Assembly: GCA_035575715.1 (NCBI GenBank)
Contig: DATLXN010000006.1
Span: 6,476 to 70,475 of the forward strand
DNA length: 64,000 nucleotides
Direction: 5' to 3'
From: Vicinamibacterales bacterium
GTDB taxonomy: Bacteria > Acidobacteriota > Vicinamibacteria > Vicinamibacterales > UBA2999
Positions 54,598 to 64,000 of the stretch are shown here, piece by piece; within the stretch, counting starts at the first letter, position 1; each line of letters begins with the position of its first letter. A model generated the notes under the pieces. The model searched no databases, was not told where the DNA came from, and worked only from the letters and a program-made list of their open reading frames with translations. A program made the position numbers and the translations under genes.

Positions 54598-57062
54598 TAT
54601 TGCAGCGCAGCGTGTTGCGAGCGGCGCGTCTGTTTCTTCCCTTGCGGCGAACGCGACGCCGGCAGCAGCGCGAGCAGCAGGACCTCGTCGATGGTGTTGA
54701 CGAGATGAATGGTCAAGCCGCGGCGCAATTCTTCAGTGAGATCCTCGTTGACGTTCTTCGCGTTCTGACGCGGCAGGATGATCTCTTTGATCCCCAGTCG
54801 CTTGGCGGCCAGCACTTTTTCCTTGATCCCGCCAACCGGCAGCACGCGACCCGACAGGGTGATCTCACCAGTCATCGCGACATCGCCGCGGACCGGGCGG
54901 CGCGACAGATCCGACACCAGCGAGGTGACCATCGTCACGCCCGCAGACGGGCCGTCTTTGGGGATCGCGCCAGACGGCACGTGGATGTGAATCTCCGACC
55001 CCTTGAAGAACTCGGGGTCGATGGCCCACTCGGTGGCGTGAGTACGGACCCACGATAAGGCGGCGCGGGCCGATTCCTTCATCACTTCGCCAAGCTGGCC
55101 GGTCAGTGTCAAAGAGCCGGTGCCGGCCATGCGCGATGCCTCGACGAGCAGCACTTCGCCGCCGACCGGCGTCCACGCCAGGCCGATTGCGACGCCAGGA
55201 TTCTTCGTGCGCTCTTCCATTTCCTCGTCGACAAAGCGCGGCGCGCCAAGCAGCGTTTGCACGAGGTCGGGTGTGACGCGGACCTTGGCGTTCTGCCCTT
55301 CGGCCCGGCGGCGGGCGATCTTCCGGCACACTGCGCCGATCTCACGTTCCAGATTACGCACGCCGGCTTCGCGGGTGTAGCCGCGGATTAGCATGCGCAA
55401 GCTTGCGTCGTTGAAAGTGATCTGCTTCTCGGTAAGGCCGTGATTCTTGATCTGCCGCTCGACCAGATGGTCGCGGGCGATCGCCAGCTTCTCCTCCTCG
55501 GTGTAGCCGGCGAGTTCGAGCACTTCCATGCGGTCGCGCAGGGGTGCCGGCACCGGGTCGAGGATGTTGGCGGTGGTAATGAACAGCACCTCCGACAAAT
55601 CGAACGGCACATCGAGATAGTGATCGCGAAACGTCGAGTTCTGTTCGGGGTCCAGTACCTCGAGGAGCGCTGATGCCGGATCGCCCCTGAAGTCCGAGCC
55701 GAGCTTATCGATCTCGTCGAGGATGAACAGCGGGTTTTTCGATTCGGCGCGGCGGAGACCTTGAACGATCTGACCGGGCAGCGCGCCAATGTAGGTGCGG
55801 CGGTGGCCGCGGATTTCCGCTTCGTCGCGCATGCCACCCAGCGAGATGCGGACGAATTTGCGCCCGAGAGAGGTGGCAATCGACCGCGCCAACGATGTCT
55901 TACCGACGCCCGGGGGGCCGACAAAACACAGGATCGGTCCCTTCATCGCCGGGTTGAGCTTGCGAACCGCAAGGTATTCGAGAATGCGGTCTTTGACTTT
56001 CTCGAGGCCGGAGTGGTCGTGGTTGAGCACCTCGAGGGTCTTGGGCAGATCGATCACTTCGTCGGTGCGCTTGGACCACGGCAACGCCAGCAGCCAGTCG
56101 AGGTAGGTGCGCGATACCGTGTACTCGGCAGCGGCCGGCGGCATCTTGGACAAGCGATCGAGTTCGCGCAACGCCTCTTTCTTGACCGTCTCGGGCATGC
56201 CGATGGCTTCGATCTTGGTACGGAGCTCTTCAATTTCTTTGGTCTGATCGTCGCCTTCGCCAAGCTCGCGCTGAATCGCCTTCAGTTGTTCGCGCAGGAA
56301 ATAATCACGCTGGTTCTTGCCGACCTCGGATTGCACCTGCGACTGGATCTTGGAGCCGAGTTCGAGGACTTCGAGTTCCTTGATCAAGACACGATTGAGC
56401 ACATCGAGGCGCTGACGCACGTCGAGCGTCTCCAGCACTTCCTGCCGCGTCTCGGTCGAGATCGACCCCAGGCTGGAGGCGATAAAATCGGCCAGCCGTC
56501 CTGGCTCGGAAATATTCATCGCCAGCGTCTGCAGGTCGTCGGACATCAACGGTGAGAGCGACACGATCTGCTGAAAATTCGTCTTGATGTTGCGCTGCAG
56601 TGCGTCGATCTCGAGACGGTCTTTGTCGCCGAGCACCTCCATCGCCTCTTCGACCTTGGCGCGCAGGTAGGGGCGGACGTTGACCAGACCGGTCAAACGA
56701 ATACGCGTCAGTCCCTGGACGATGATCCGCAGGCTGCCATCCGGCAGCTTGAACATCTTGTGGATGTGACTGGCCGTGCCAACGGGATAAAGGTCCGCCT
56801 GAAGCGGCTCGTCTTCGGTGGCTTCGCGCTGCGTGAAGACCGCGATCAAGCTCCCGCTCGAAACCGCCTCGTCAATCAGGCGGACGGAACTCTCGCGAGC
56901 CACCGCCAGCGGCATGAAGGAATTGGGAAAAAGGACGGTGTCGCGCAGCGGTAACACCGGCAGTTCGCCAGGTAGGCGGAACGCGGCATTGTCACTCGAA
57001 GAGGCGTCGTCGATCTCGATCGAGGTCGAAGGCTCTTCGATAGGGTCTGTTTGGTTGGTCAT
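54597..57062 (-). CDS. lon: ATP-dependent endopeptidase La (Lon)
   Basis: ORF 54597..57110 trimmed to the ATG at 57062 ([10 protein letters not shown]). [13 protein letters not shown], Walker [10 protein letters not shown], catalytic [11 protein letters not shown]. Confidence 0.92.
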   Translation of the reverse strand: MTNQTDPIEEPSTSIEIDDASSSDNAAFRLPGELPVLPLRDTVLFPNSFMPLAVARESSVRLIDEAVSSGSLIAVFTQREATEDEPLQADLYPVGTASHIHKMFKLPDGSLRIIVQGLTRIRLTGLVNVRPYLRAKVEEAMEVLGDKDRLEIDALQRNIKTNFQQIVSLSPLMSDDLQTLAMNISEPGRLADFIASSLGSISTETRQEVLETLDVRQRLDVLNRVLIKELEVLELGSKIQSQVQSEVGKNQRDYFLREQLKAIQRELGEGDDQTKEIEELRTKIEAIGMPETVKKEALRELDRLSKMPPAAAEYTVSRTYLDWLLALPWSKRTDEVIDLPKTLEVLNHDHSGLEKVKDRILEYLAVRKLNPAMKGPILCFVGPPGVGKTSLARSIATSLGRKFVRISLGGMRDEAEIRGHRRTYIGALPGQIVQGLRRAESKNPLFILDEIDKLGSDFRGDPASALLEVLDPEQNSTFRDHYLDVPFDLSEVLFITTANILDPVPAPLRDRMEVLELAGYTEEEKLAIARDHLVERQIKNHGLTEKQITFNDASLRMLIRGYTREAGVRNLEREIGAVCRKIARRRAEGQNAKVRVTPDLVQTLLGAPRFVDEEMEERTKNPGVAIGLAWTPVGGEVLLVEASRMAGTGSLTLTGQLGEVMKESARAALSWVRTHATEWAIDPEFFKGSEIHIHVPSGAIPKDGPSAGVTMVTSLVSDLSRRPVRGDVAMTGEITLSGRVLPVGGIKEKVLAAKRLGIKEIILPRQNAKNVNEDLTEELRRGLTIHLVNTIDEVLLLALLPASRSPQGKKQTRRSQHAALQ

Positions 57063-57096
57063 CGATCCGCCACTGGAACGTGGGGCGCGGAAAAGG

Positions 57097-57123
57097 GGGG
57101 ACAGGTGCATGGCACCTGTCCCC
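57097..57123 (-). terminator. 11-bp perfect hairpin between dksA and lon
   Basis: GGGGACAGGTG (57097-57107) pairs with CACCTGTCCCC (57113-57123). On the minus strand it is followed by CCTTTTCC. The alternative lon ATG at 57110 sits in the loop. Confidence 0.45.
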
Positions 57124-57137
57124 GCTGCACACTGGGT

Positions 57138-57599
57138 TTATCCCTGCAGGTCGTAAAAGAGGCTGGACGAACCACGGCGCTGCGAGAGCGAGCGCTCACG
57201 CTGGGCCGCAATTTCGCGGGCTTCTTCGCAGTCCTTGCAGCGCACAGCGAAGGGCAACGCGCGCAGACGCGCTTCCGCGATGTCCTCGCCGCATTCAAAG
57301 CACAGCCCGTAGCGTCCGTCTTCGAGGCGGGCCAGCGCTTCGTTAATCTTGTTGAGCGTTTCCGCCTTCATCTGAATGAGGGCCAGTTCGATATCTTCCT
57401 GGATGTCGACTTCGGAAGCTTCGCCTTGATCCATCACCTCGTGAGGCTTCTCCGCGCCGTCAGCTCGGACGCCGCGAATCTTGCCCTGCACTTCGGTGAC
57501 GAGTTCCGCCTGACGCTCCTGAAGCATCTGCTTGAGTTCGTCATACCGGGTACCATCGGGTGCCGCGACTACTGTGGTGCGCTTTGATGCCTTCGCCAT
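57138..57599 (-). CDS. dksA: DksA/TraR-family C4 zinc-finger protein
   Basis: ATG at 57599 after AAGGAG. CFECGEDIAEARLRALPFAVRCKDC. Confidence 0.85.
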   Translation of the reverse strand: MAKASKRTTVVAAPDGTRYDELKQMLQERQAELVTEVQGKIRGVRADGAEKPHEVMDQGEASEVDIQEDIELALIQMKAETLNKINEALARLEDGRYGLCFECGEDIAEARLRALPFAVRCKDCEEAREIAAQRERSLSQRRGSSSLFYDLQG

Positions 57600-58042
57600 G
57601 ATTCCAACCGCTCCTTCCCATGCCTCCGACCGTTCTGTCGAAGACCGCATGATTGCACTCCCTTACTGCAAGGACAGTGCCTAAAAATGACCGGCGCCGA
57701 CATGGCCACCGGGAACTCCTACCGACCCAACACCGCCTCACCAGGGACTGTATAAGAGAGGCTTTGCGTCCAAACCGGTCGCAAAATTGCACCAGCGGAT
57801 GCCCCTGGTTGATCGGGTAACTACTGAAAGGTCAATCACTTACACGAACGACATGAACCCACGTGAGCCACGTCGAACACCGTTCACTGCATTAGACGCC
57901 GCACGGACAAATTGGGTTCGCCGAAGCCACACTGTCGCCTCTTGGGGACAGCGGCAAACGAGGGAAGGTATCACAAAACCAGGCCGTGTGGTAGGATCGG
58001 GGTTTCCTTTTTGAACCAGAAAGCGCTCAGGACGTTCAAGTT

Positions 58043-58234
58043 ATGGCGAATCGCTGCGATATTTGTGACAAAGGACCAGTTGTCGGCCGGCGCGTCTCAC
58101 ACGCGCACAACGTCAGGCCTCGCCGGTTCGAACCAAACCTTCAGACTGTCCGGGCGGTCGTCAACGGCGGCATCAAGCGCCTCAAGGTCTGCACTCGCTG
58201 CATCCGTTCCTCCAAGGTCGTCAAGGCCGCGTAG
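58043..58234 (+). CDS. rpmB: 50S ribosomal protein L28
   Basis: MANRCDICDKGPVVGRRVSHAHNVRPRRFEPNLQ... Confidence 0.92.
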   Translation: MANRCDICDKGPVVGRRVSHAHNVRPRRFEPNLQTVRAVVNGGIKRLKVCTRCIRSSKVVKAA

Positions 58235-58620
58235 TGTCGGACCGTCAGGCGGTTGTGTCACCCACGGCGGCCGCCGCCATCGGTCCCTATTCCCCCGCGA
58301 TCCGCGTCGGCAATCTGCTGTTCCTGTCGGGCCAGATCCCGCTTGACCCGGCCACTGGCCAGGTCGTCAACGGCGACATTCGCGTCCAGACGACACGGGT
58401 GCTCGACTCGATGGGGGAATTACTGCGGGCCGGCGGCGCCGAGTTCCGCCATGTCGCCCGCACCACGATTTTCCTCGCCGACCTCGCCGACTTCGCAGTG
58501 GTCAACGAAATTTACGCCACGTATTTCTCGCAACCGTATCCGGCGCGAGCGACGGTGCAGGTGGCGCGCCTGCCGCGCGACGTGCGGGTCGAAATCGACG
58601 CCATCGCGGTTATCGCGTAG
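58234..58620 (+). CDS. ridA: RidA/YjgF-family reactive intermediate deaminase
   Basis: AIGPYSPAIRVGNLLFLSGQIPLDP...ARATVQVARLPRDVRVEIDAIA. Confidence 0.88.
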   Translation: MSDRQAVVSPTAAAAIGPYSPAIRVGNLLFLSGQIPLDPATGQVVNGDIRVQTTRVLDSMGELLRAGGAEFRHVARTTIFLADLADFAVVNEIYATYFSQPYPARATVQVARLPRDVRVEIDAIAVIA

Positions 58621-60781
58621 CGCTTCGCTCCACTCCTAGCACCCCCTCGACGCCCCGGATCGACTTGATCACCCGTTCGAGGTGTTTCACGTCCTGGATT
58701 TCCACCGTCATATCGATGCGGGCCTGGTGATCTTCGGCGCGGGCGGTCGCCTCCAGATTGATGATGTTGGTATTGATGTCCGCGATCCGCGAGCTCAATT
58801 CGGCGATCATCCCCTTCCGATCCTCCACCTGCATCGTCAAGCGCACGGTATACGGCGCCACGTCGGTGCCCTTGTCCCACTCGACCTCGATCCGCCGCTC
58901 GGGGTCGTATTGAAGATTCAGCACGTTCGAGCATTTCTCGGAATGGACCGACACGCCTTTGCCACGCGTGATATAGCCGATGATCTTTTCGCCGCGGATG
59001 GGATTGCAGCAGCGGGCGCGAAAGACCATCAGGTCATCGATGCCGCGGACGACAATCCGATCGGTGGTCGCTGCGGTCGGCGTCAACGCCCGTTTGACCG
59101 CCGACACCACCGGGTGATCGGGGACCTTCTCCTTGAGCTCGCCTTGCGGCACCAGCTTGTCGAGGACCTGCCGGACTGAAACCTTGCCGTAGCCGATCTG
59201 CGCGAACAGTTCGTCGTTCTGAAAGCCGAACTCGTGCGCGACCTTGGCCAGCCGCTCGGGATCGAGCAGCTTGGTCATATTCAAATCGTAACGGCGCGCT
59301 TCTTTCTCGACCAACTTGCGGCCAAGCTCAATCGACCGCTCCTTTTCCTCGGCCTGAATCAGGTGCTTGATGCGTTGCCGGGCGCGTGAGGTCGCGGCAA
59401 AGTTCAGCCAGTCGCGGCTCGGCTTATGGCCGACGGTGGTCAGGATCTCCACGATGTCGCCGTTTTTCAGCTTGGTGCGCAGGGGCACCATCCGCCCATT
59501 GACCCTTGCGCCGACGCATTGATGACCAACGTCGGTGTGGATCGAATACGCGAAGTCGACCGGTGTCGACCCCCGCGGCAAGACCTTGACCTGGCCGCGC
59601 GGCGTAAAAGTGTAGACCTCCTCGGGGTATAGGTCGATCTTCAGGTTGGCGAGAAATTCCTGCGGGTCACGAACTTCCTGCTGCCACTCGAGGAGCTGTC
59701 GTAACCACTGGAAATATTGCTCGTCGCGTCCGGCACCGACCCGGCCCTCCTTGTATTTCCAATGCGCCGCGATGCCTTCTTCGGCGCGGCTGTCCATCTC
59801 CTCCGTGCGAATCTGCACCTCGAAGGGAAAGCCATGGTCACTGATCACCGACGTGTGCAGCGACTGGTAGCCATTGGGACGCGGCATCGCGATCAGGTCT
59901 TTGATCCGTCCGGGGACCGGCGACCACGTCTGGTGAATGATCCCCAGCGCTGCATAACAGTCTTTGACGCTTTGCGTGACGATGCGCAGCGCGACGAAGT
60001 CATAGACCTGCTCGAGATCGATCTTCTGGCGTTTGAGTTTCAGCCAGATGCTGAACAGCCGTTTGATCCGCCCGTCGATGCGAATCACCGGGACCTGGGC
60101 ATCCTGCAGCTTGGCGCGAATCTCGGCGAGGAGGTCCTCGATGACGCCTTCGGTCGCGCGGCGCTTCCCCTCAACGCGGGTGTGCAGCGACTCATAGGCC
60201 GTCGGCTCGAGATACTTGAACGACAGCTCCTCGAGCTCGTTCTTCATCTTGGCCATGCCGAGGCGATTGGCGATCGGCGCGTAAATGTCCAGCGTCTCCT
60301 GCGCCGTGCGCACGCGACGGTCGTCGGACATGTACTGCAGCGTCCGCATGTTGTGCAGACGGTCGGCGAGCTTGACCAGGATGACGCGGATATCGTCGAC
60401 CATGGCCAGCAGCATCTTGCGGAAATTCTCGACCTGTCGTTCTTCGCTGGTCGAAAACTCCGGCATCGTGCTGATCTTCGTGACCCCTTCGACGATGTGC
60501 GCGATCTCGTCGCCAAAGGTCGCCCCGATCCGCTCGATGGTGGTCAGCGTATCTTCGACGACGTCGTGCAACAGTCCGGACGCGACACAGACGACGTCCA
60601 GTTTCATGTCGGCGAGAATATCCGCGACCTCGAGTGGATGCACCAGGTAGGGCTCGCCCGAGTGGCGCACCTGTCCCTTGTGCTCGAGGGCCGAAAACAC
60701 ATAGGCCCGCCGGAGCAACTCGAGGTCGGCGTCGGGGCTGTAGCCCCGGACCTTCTCCAGCAGGTCCTCGAATCGAATCAT
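58610..60781 (-). CDS. rel: Bifunctional (p)ppGpp synthetase/hydrolase (RelA/SpoT homolog)
   Basis: HD domain (HPLEVADIL...HDVVEDT), synthetase (YQSLHTSV), and TGS and ACT regions. 723 aa. Confidence 0.93.
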   Translation of the reverse strand: MIRFEDLLEKVRGYSPDADLELLRRAYVFSALEHKGQVRHSGEPYLVHPLEVADILADMKLDVVCVASGLLHDVVEDTLTTIERIGATFGDEIAHIVEGVTKISTMPEFSTSEERQVENFRKMLLAMVDDIRVILVKLADRLHNMRTLQYMSDDRRVRTAQETLDIYAPIANRLGMAKMKNELEELSFKYLEPTAYESLHTRVEGKRRATEGVIEDLLAEIRAKLQDAQVPVIRIDGRIKRLFSIWLKLKRQKIDLEQVYDFVALRIVTQSVKDCYAALGIIHQTWSPVPGRIKDLIAMPRPNGYQSLHTSVISDHGFPFEVQIRTEEMDSRAEEGIAAHWKYKEGRVGAGRDEQYFQWLRQLLEWQQEVRDPQEFLANLKIDLYPEEVYTFTPRGQVKVLPRGSTPVDFAYSIHTDVGHQCVGARVNGRMVPLRTKLKNGDIVEILTTVGHKPSRDWLNFAATSRARQRIKHLIQAEEKERSIELGRKLVEKEARRYDLNMTKLLDPERLAKVAHEFGFQNDELFAQIGYGKVSVRQVLDKLVPQGELKEKVPDHPVVSAVKRALTPTAATTDRIVVRGIDDLMVFRARCCNPIRGEKIIGYITRGKGVSVHSEKCSNVLNLQYDPERRIEVEWDKGTDVAPYTVRLTMQVEDRKGMIAELSSRIADINTNIINLEATARAEDHQARIDMTVEIQDVKHLERVIKSIRGVEGVLGVERSATR

Positions 60782-60808
60782 GCGTGCCGGTGTCTAAACC
60801 TTTAAGGG

Positions 60809-60871
60809 CCCAGGGATCAGGCCCTGGGCGTTCCAGGAATTCCGGGTGAGCCCTGGGGCCTGATCCCTGGG
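60809..60871. repeat. Inverted repeat containing the AGGGATCAGG motif, upstream of rel
   Basis: CCCAGGGATCAGGCC (60809-60823) is the reverse complement of GGCCTGATCCCTGGG (60857-60871). The spacer contains GGAATTCC. The repeat lies 28-90 nt upstream of the rel ATG. Confidence 0.75.
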
Positions 60872-60895
60872 ACCTGATGATGATAGGGGTCGAGG

Positions 60896-60925
60896 TTGCG
60901 AGGGGTCAAGAAACGAGGCTATACT
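60896..60925 (+). promoter_or_regulatory. Sigma70-like promoter for the TPR lipoprotein gene
   Basis: TTGCGA (60896-60901), an 18-nt spacer, then TATACT (60920-60925) inside the recurring GCTATACTCGCC 12-mer. Confidence 0.5.
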
Positions 60926-60990
60926 CGCCCCTCTTAAGGGCTCTTGGACAGGTCCTATTAGGTCAACGTTCGCTGGAATTTCTGGGGGAA

Positions 60991-61938
60991 ATGATGAAGA
61001 TCGGGTCTTCGACCGCCCGCGTAGTCTGTGTGCTCGGGCTGGGTGTCGCACTGAGCGGCTGCGGCTACATGAATGAAATTCGCGCCAAGAAAGTCAGCAA
61101 GGACGCCAACGCGCTCTATGCCAAGAGCGATTGGCGGGCTGCTGCCGCCAAGTACGAGGAAGCGATCCAGTTGTTTCCGGAAAACGGCGATCTGTATTTC
61201 TACCTCGCCAACTCGTACGACAACATGTATCGCCCGACCCGAAAAGGCGAGGCGAATAACGACTCGTATCTCGAAAAGGCCATCGCCAACTACAAGCTGG
61301 GCGCCGAGCAGGCCGACACGCCGATCGTCAAGCAGCGCTCACTGCAGTACCTGGTCAATGCCTACGGGCCGGACAAGTTGAACGACCCGACCCAGGCCGA
61401 ACCGGTGGTCAAGGCGATGATCGAGCTCGAACCGACCGAGCCAACCAACTATTTCGCGCTCGCCAAGATCTACGCCGATTCAGGCGAATACGAACTGGCC
61501 GAGCAGACCTACCTCAAAGCCAAGGAAGTCAAGCCCAACGATCCGGCGGTGTATATGCAGTTGGCGGGTTACTACAACAGCCAGGGTGAATTCGAGAAGA
61601 CGATCGGCGCCGTGGAAGAACGCACTCGCGTCGAGCCGAACAACCCCGAGGCCTTCCAGACGCTGGCCACCTACTACTGGGACAAGGCCTACCGTGACTT
61701 CCGTTTGAGCGACAAGCAAAAGATGGATTACGTGCTCAAGGGCATCCAGGCGACCGACAAGGCCATCGAGATCAAGAGCGACTACATGGAAGCGATCGCC
61801 TACAAGAATCTCTTGCTCCGCCTCCAGGCCAACCTCGAGAAGGAGCCGGCCAAGCAGCAAGCCCTGCTGCGTCAGGCCGACCAGCTGCGCAACCGGGCCG
61901 AGGAACTCCGCAAGCAGAAGGCTGCCGGCACGCAATAA
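60991..61938 (+). CDS. Tetratricopeptide-repeat lipoprotein
   Basis: ATG at 60991 after GGGGGA. The signal/lipobox is VVCVLGLGVALSGC. It contains multiple TPR units. Confidence 0.8.
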   Translation: MMKIGSSTARVVCVLGLGVALSGCGYMNEIRAKKVSKDANALYAKSDWRAAAAKYEEAIQLFPENGDLYFYLANSYDNMYRPTRKGEANNDSYLEKAIANYKLGAEQADTPIVKQRSLQYLVNAYGPDKLNDPTQAEPVVKAMIELEPTEPTNYFALAKIYADSGEYELAEQTYLKAKEVKPNDPAVYMQLAGYYNSQGEFEKTIGAVEERTRVEPNNPEAFQTLATYYWDKAYRDFRLSDKQKMDYVLKGIQATDKAIEIKSDYMEAIAYKNLLLRLQANLEKEPAKQQALLRQADQLRNRAEELRKQKAAGTQ

Positions 61939-61966
61939 TCCGGTCGTCGGCTTAGCACAATCAGGG

Positions 61967-61997
61967 GCCGTTCCGCACTGCGGGACGGCCTTTTTTT
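61967..61997 (+). terminator. Rho-independent terminator
   Basis: GGCCGTTCCG pairs with CGGGACGGCC (one G:U pair), followed by TTTTTTT (61991-61997). Confidence 0.85.
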
Positions 61998-62102
61998 CGT
62001 TTACCCATCCGTAACGGGCGGGTGATATCTTCAATCGTTCCAGCGCCAATGGTGCCGACCGCACCGGCCATCCCGACGCCCAACGAATACGAGAGGACTG
62101 CG

Positions 62103-64000
62103 ATGATAGAGACCCACGCCGTGGTGAGAGCCGCTTGCCGGAGGCTTGCCTTGATAACGCTATGCGGACTGTTGTGGCCGACCGGGCAGGTGCTCGCGCA
62201 GGGCGTCACCACCGGTCAGATCTCGGGGGTGGTGACCGACGCCAAGCAGCAGCCGATTGCCGGGGCCAGCGTCATCGCGATTCATGAGCCATCCGGGACG
62301 AGCTACGAAGCCACGAGCCGCGCCGACGGACGGTTTTTCGTCCCCAACATGCGCGTCGGCGGACCCTACACCGTGATGGTGACCTACGTCGGGGCCGGCA
62401 CCGCGTTCGAACCGCAGACGCAGCAGGACGTCATGGTCAATCTCGGGGTCGCCACTGATCTGCCGATTACTGTGCGTGCGATTTCGGTCCAGGAAACTGT
62501 GACCGTCACTGCGCAATCCGACACCGTCTTCAGCTCGGCCCGCACCGGCGCGGCGACGTCAGTAAGCCGCGCCGAGTTGGCGACGATCCCGACCGTCTCC
62601 GGGCGTATCAACGACATCACCCGCCTCACGCCGCAAGCGAGCGGTATGTCCTTCGGTGGCCAGGACAATCGCCTCAACAACATCACCGTCGATGGGTCTT
62701 ACTTTAATAACTCGTTCGGCTTGGCGGGCGCTCCCGGCGAGCGTACCGGCGTCGCGCCGATTTCCCTCGAAGCAATCGAACAGGTCCAGGTCAATGTCGC
62801 GCCGTTTGATGTCCGCCAAGGCAACTTTGTCGGCGCCGGCGTCAACACGGTCACCCGGAGCGGGACCAATCGTTTGACCGGGTCGGTCTTCCACCGGTTC
62901 CGCAATAACGACTTTGTCGGCACGGAAGCTGCCGGACTGCCCTTCAACCCGGGGTTGTTCAATTTCCGCAACACCGGCGGGTGGGTGTCCGGCCCAATCA
63001 TCAAGAATCGACTCTTCGCGTTCGGCAACTACGAGAACGAAAGGGATTCGCGGCCGTTGACGACCTTCACGGCCAACGCCGGGGGCGAAACGGTCGGCGG
63101 CCAGAAGACACGGGTGCTGTCCTCAGACCTCGCGCAAATCAGTGCCCTGCTGGCGCAGCGGTTTCAGTACGAAACCGGACCCTTTGAAAACTACGACGAC
63201 CTGACCCCGGTCAAGCGCTTTCTACTGCGCAACGACGTGAACCTCGGCAACAACAACAAGGTCAGCTTCCGCTATAACCACCTCGATTCGAGCACCGATG
63301 TCGGGATCTCCGGGTCGACGTCGGCAGGATTTGGTCGCGGTTCGGGCACCACCAACTTCCTCAGTTTCCAGAACTCCAACTATCAGATTCTCGAGAACAT
63401 CCGGTCGGGCATCGGCGAATGGAACTCGATCCTCGGTTCGAGCATGTCGAACAGCCTGATCATCGGCTATACCAAGCAGGACGAAAGCCGCGCCTCGCGT
63501 GGCTCGGTGTTCCCGCTGGTGGATATCTTCGAGAGTGGCCAGTCGTACACGTCGTTCGGCTCCGAGCCCTTCACGCCGAATAACGAACTGCGCTACAACA
63601 CCTTTCAGTTGCAGGACAACTTCACCCGCTTCGGGAACAAGCACTCGCTGACGTTCGGCGTCAGCCTTGAGCGGTATGAGTCGGCAAACGTGTTCTTTCC
63701 GGTATCTCAGAGCGCCTACGTCTACAACTCGCTCAACGACTTCTACACCGACGCCAACGACTTCGCAGCCAATCCGAATCGCACGGTCTCGCCAGTCACT
63801 CTGCGTCTCTTTCAAGTGCGCTACATCAATATCCCGGGGCTCGACAAACCGGTCCAGCCGCTCGAAGTCCTCTACGGCGGCGCCTATGCCCAGGACGAGT
63901 GGCGACCCAATTCGCGGATGACGGTCACTGCCGGCTTGCGCCTCGATGTCCCGAAGTTCGGCGAAACGGGTTTCGCCAACAGCAATGCTGACAGTCTGAC
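62103..64000 (+). CDS. TonB-dependent receptor with N-terminal carboxypeptidase-regulatory-like domain (Oar-like), 3' end outside the window
   Basis: The frame is open from the ATG at 62103 to the window end, so it is not in the ORF track. Signal peptide, then GVTTGQISGVVTDAKQQPIAGASVIAIHEPSGTSY (CarboxypepD_reg) and a plug region (DITRLTPQASG, ITVDGSYFNNSFG). Confidence 0.85.
   Translation, partial: MIETHAVVRAACRRLALITLCGLLWPTGQVLAQGVTTGQISGVVTDAKQQPIAGASVIAIHEPSGTSYEATSRADGRFFVPNMRVGGPYTVMVTYVGAGTAFEPQTQQDVMVNLGVATDLPITVRAISVQETVTVTAQSDTVFSSARTGAATSVSRAELATIPTVSGRINDITRLTPQASGMSFGGQDNRLNNITVDGSYFNNSFGLAGAPGERTGVAPISLEAIEQVQVNVAPFDVRQGNFVGAGVNTVTRSGTNRLTGSVFHRFRNNDFVGTEAAGLPFNPGLFNFRNTGGWVSGPIIKNRLFAFGNYENERDSRPLTTFTANAGGETVGGQKTRVLSSDLAQISALLAQRFQYETGPFENYDDLTPVKRFLLRNDVNLGNNNKVSFRYNHLDSSTDVGISGSTSAGFGRGSGTTNFLSFQNSNYQILENIRSGIGEWNSILGSSMSNSLIIGYTKQDESRASRGSVFPLVDIFESGQSYTSFGSEPFTPNNELRYNTFQLQDNFTRFGNKHSLTFGVSLERYESANVFFPVSQSAYVYNSLNDFYTDANDFAANPNRTVSPVTLRLFQVRYINIPGLDKPVQPLEVLYGGAYAQDEWRPNSRMTVTAGLRLDVPKFGETGFANSNADSL

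Noticed and set aside
57787-58014. 75-aa ORF in the dksA-rpmB spacer
   Set aside because: It has no SD, no recognisable motif and an atypical composition. It is retained only as part of the long-spacer observation.
59717-60805. 362-aa ORF on the plus strand
   Set aside because: It is antisense to the RelA/SpoT homolog and is spurious for the same reason. Similar antisense ORFs at 45665..46798, 11159..12178, 48752..49774, 33151..33996 and 55761..56555 were rejected likewise.
61998-62102. Cobalamin or other riboswitch ahead of the TonB-dependent receptor
   Set aside because: Only about 100 nt are available after the terminator, and no conserved riboswitch core was recognisable.

Overview
GC-rich bacterial chromosomal window, densely coding on both strands. 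Taxonomy is only an inference: an ADOP-type duplicated FtsX permease and an Oar-like CarboxypepD_reg/TonB-dependent receptor point to Acidobacteriota. Most genes are housekeeping: bshB1 plus the start of bshA, two PQQ-type dehydrogenases, class I fumarase, erpA, aspA, bioY, thiD, yjcH-actP, moaE-moaD, prfA-prmC, an M16 peptidase pair, ileS-lspA-lgt-rluD, lon, dksA, rpmB, ridA and a RelA/SpoT homolog. Four things are hidden by a six-frame ORF view. (1) A 95-nt tRNA-Sec (selC, anticodon UCA) lies at 26228-26322. (2) An AhpD/CMD-family peroxidase-related gene (2671-3207) is split by an in-frame TGA at the second Cys of its redox motif (C-H-Y-[TGA]), with a hairpin just downstream. It is a candidate selenoprotein. 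(3) A tightly overlapping minus-strand gene chain (26324-31710) contains a Fur::rubrerythrin fusion, a PHP phosphoesterase, an ABC-ATPase-like protein with every catalytic motif degenerate, a cold-shock-domain protein and a HAD hydrolase, downstream of fumarase and erpA. (4) Several intergenic spacers carry short-period tandem repeats (7, 8, 9 and 14 nt units). One of them forms a long hairpin built from tandem 8-mers whose pairing relies on G:U and is therefore strand-asymmetric. Other points of interest are a signal-less S8 peptidase with a Lys/Ala-rich tail and companion small proteins, a Cys-rich lipoprotein with protein-kinase-like motifs, a recurring CTATACTCGCC -10 element placed 7-8 nt from start codons (probable leaderless mRNAs, including two divergent genes whose ATGs overlap), a low-GC scar with gene fragments, and several frameshift or nonsense lesions. 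The lesions could be real decay or assembly indels. No CRISPR array, rRNA or recognisable mobile element was seen. All calls rest on reading the sequence and recalled family motifs; no searches were run.
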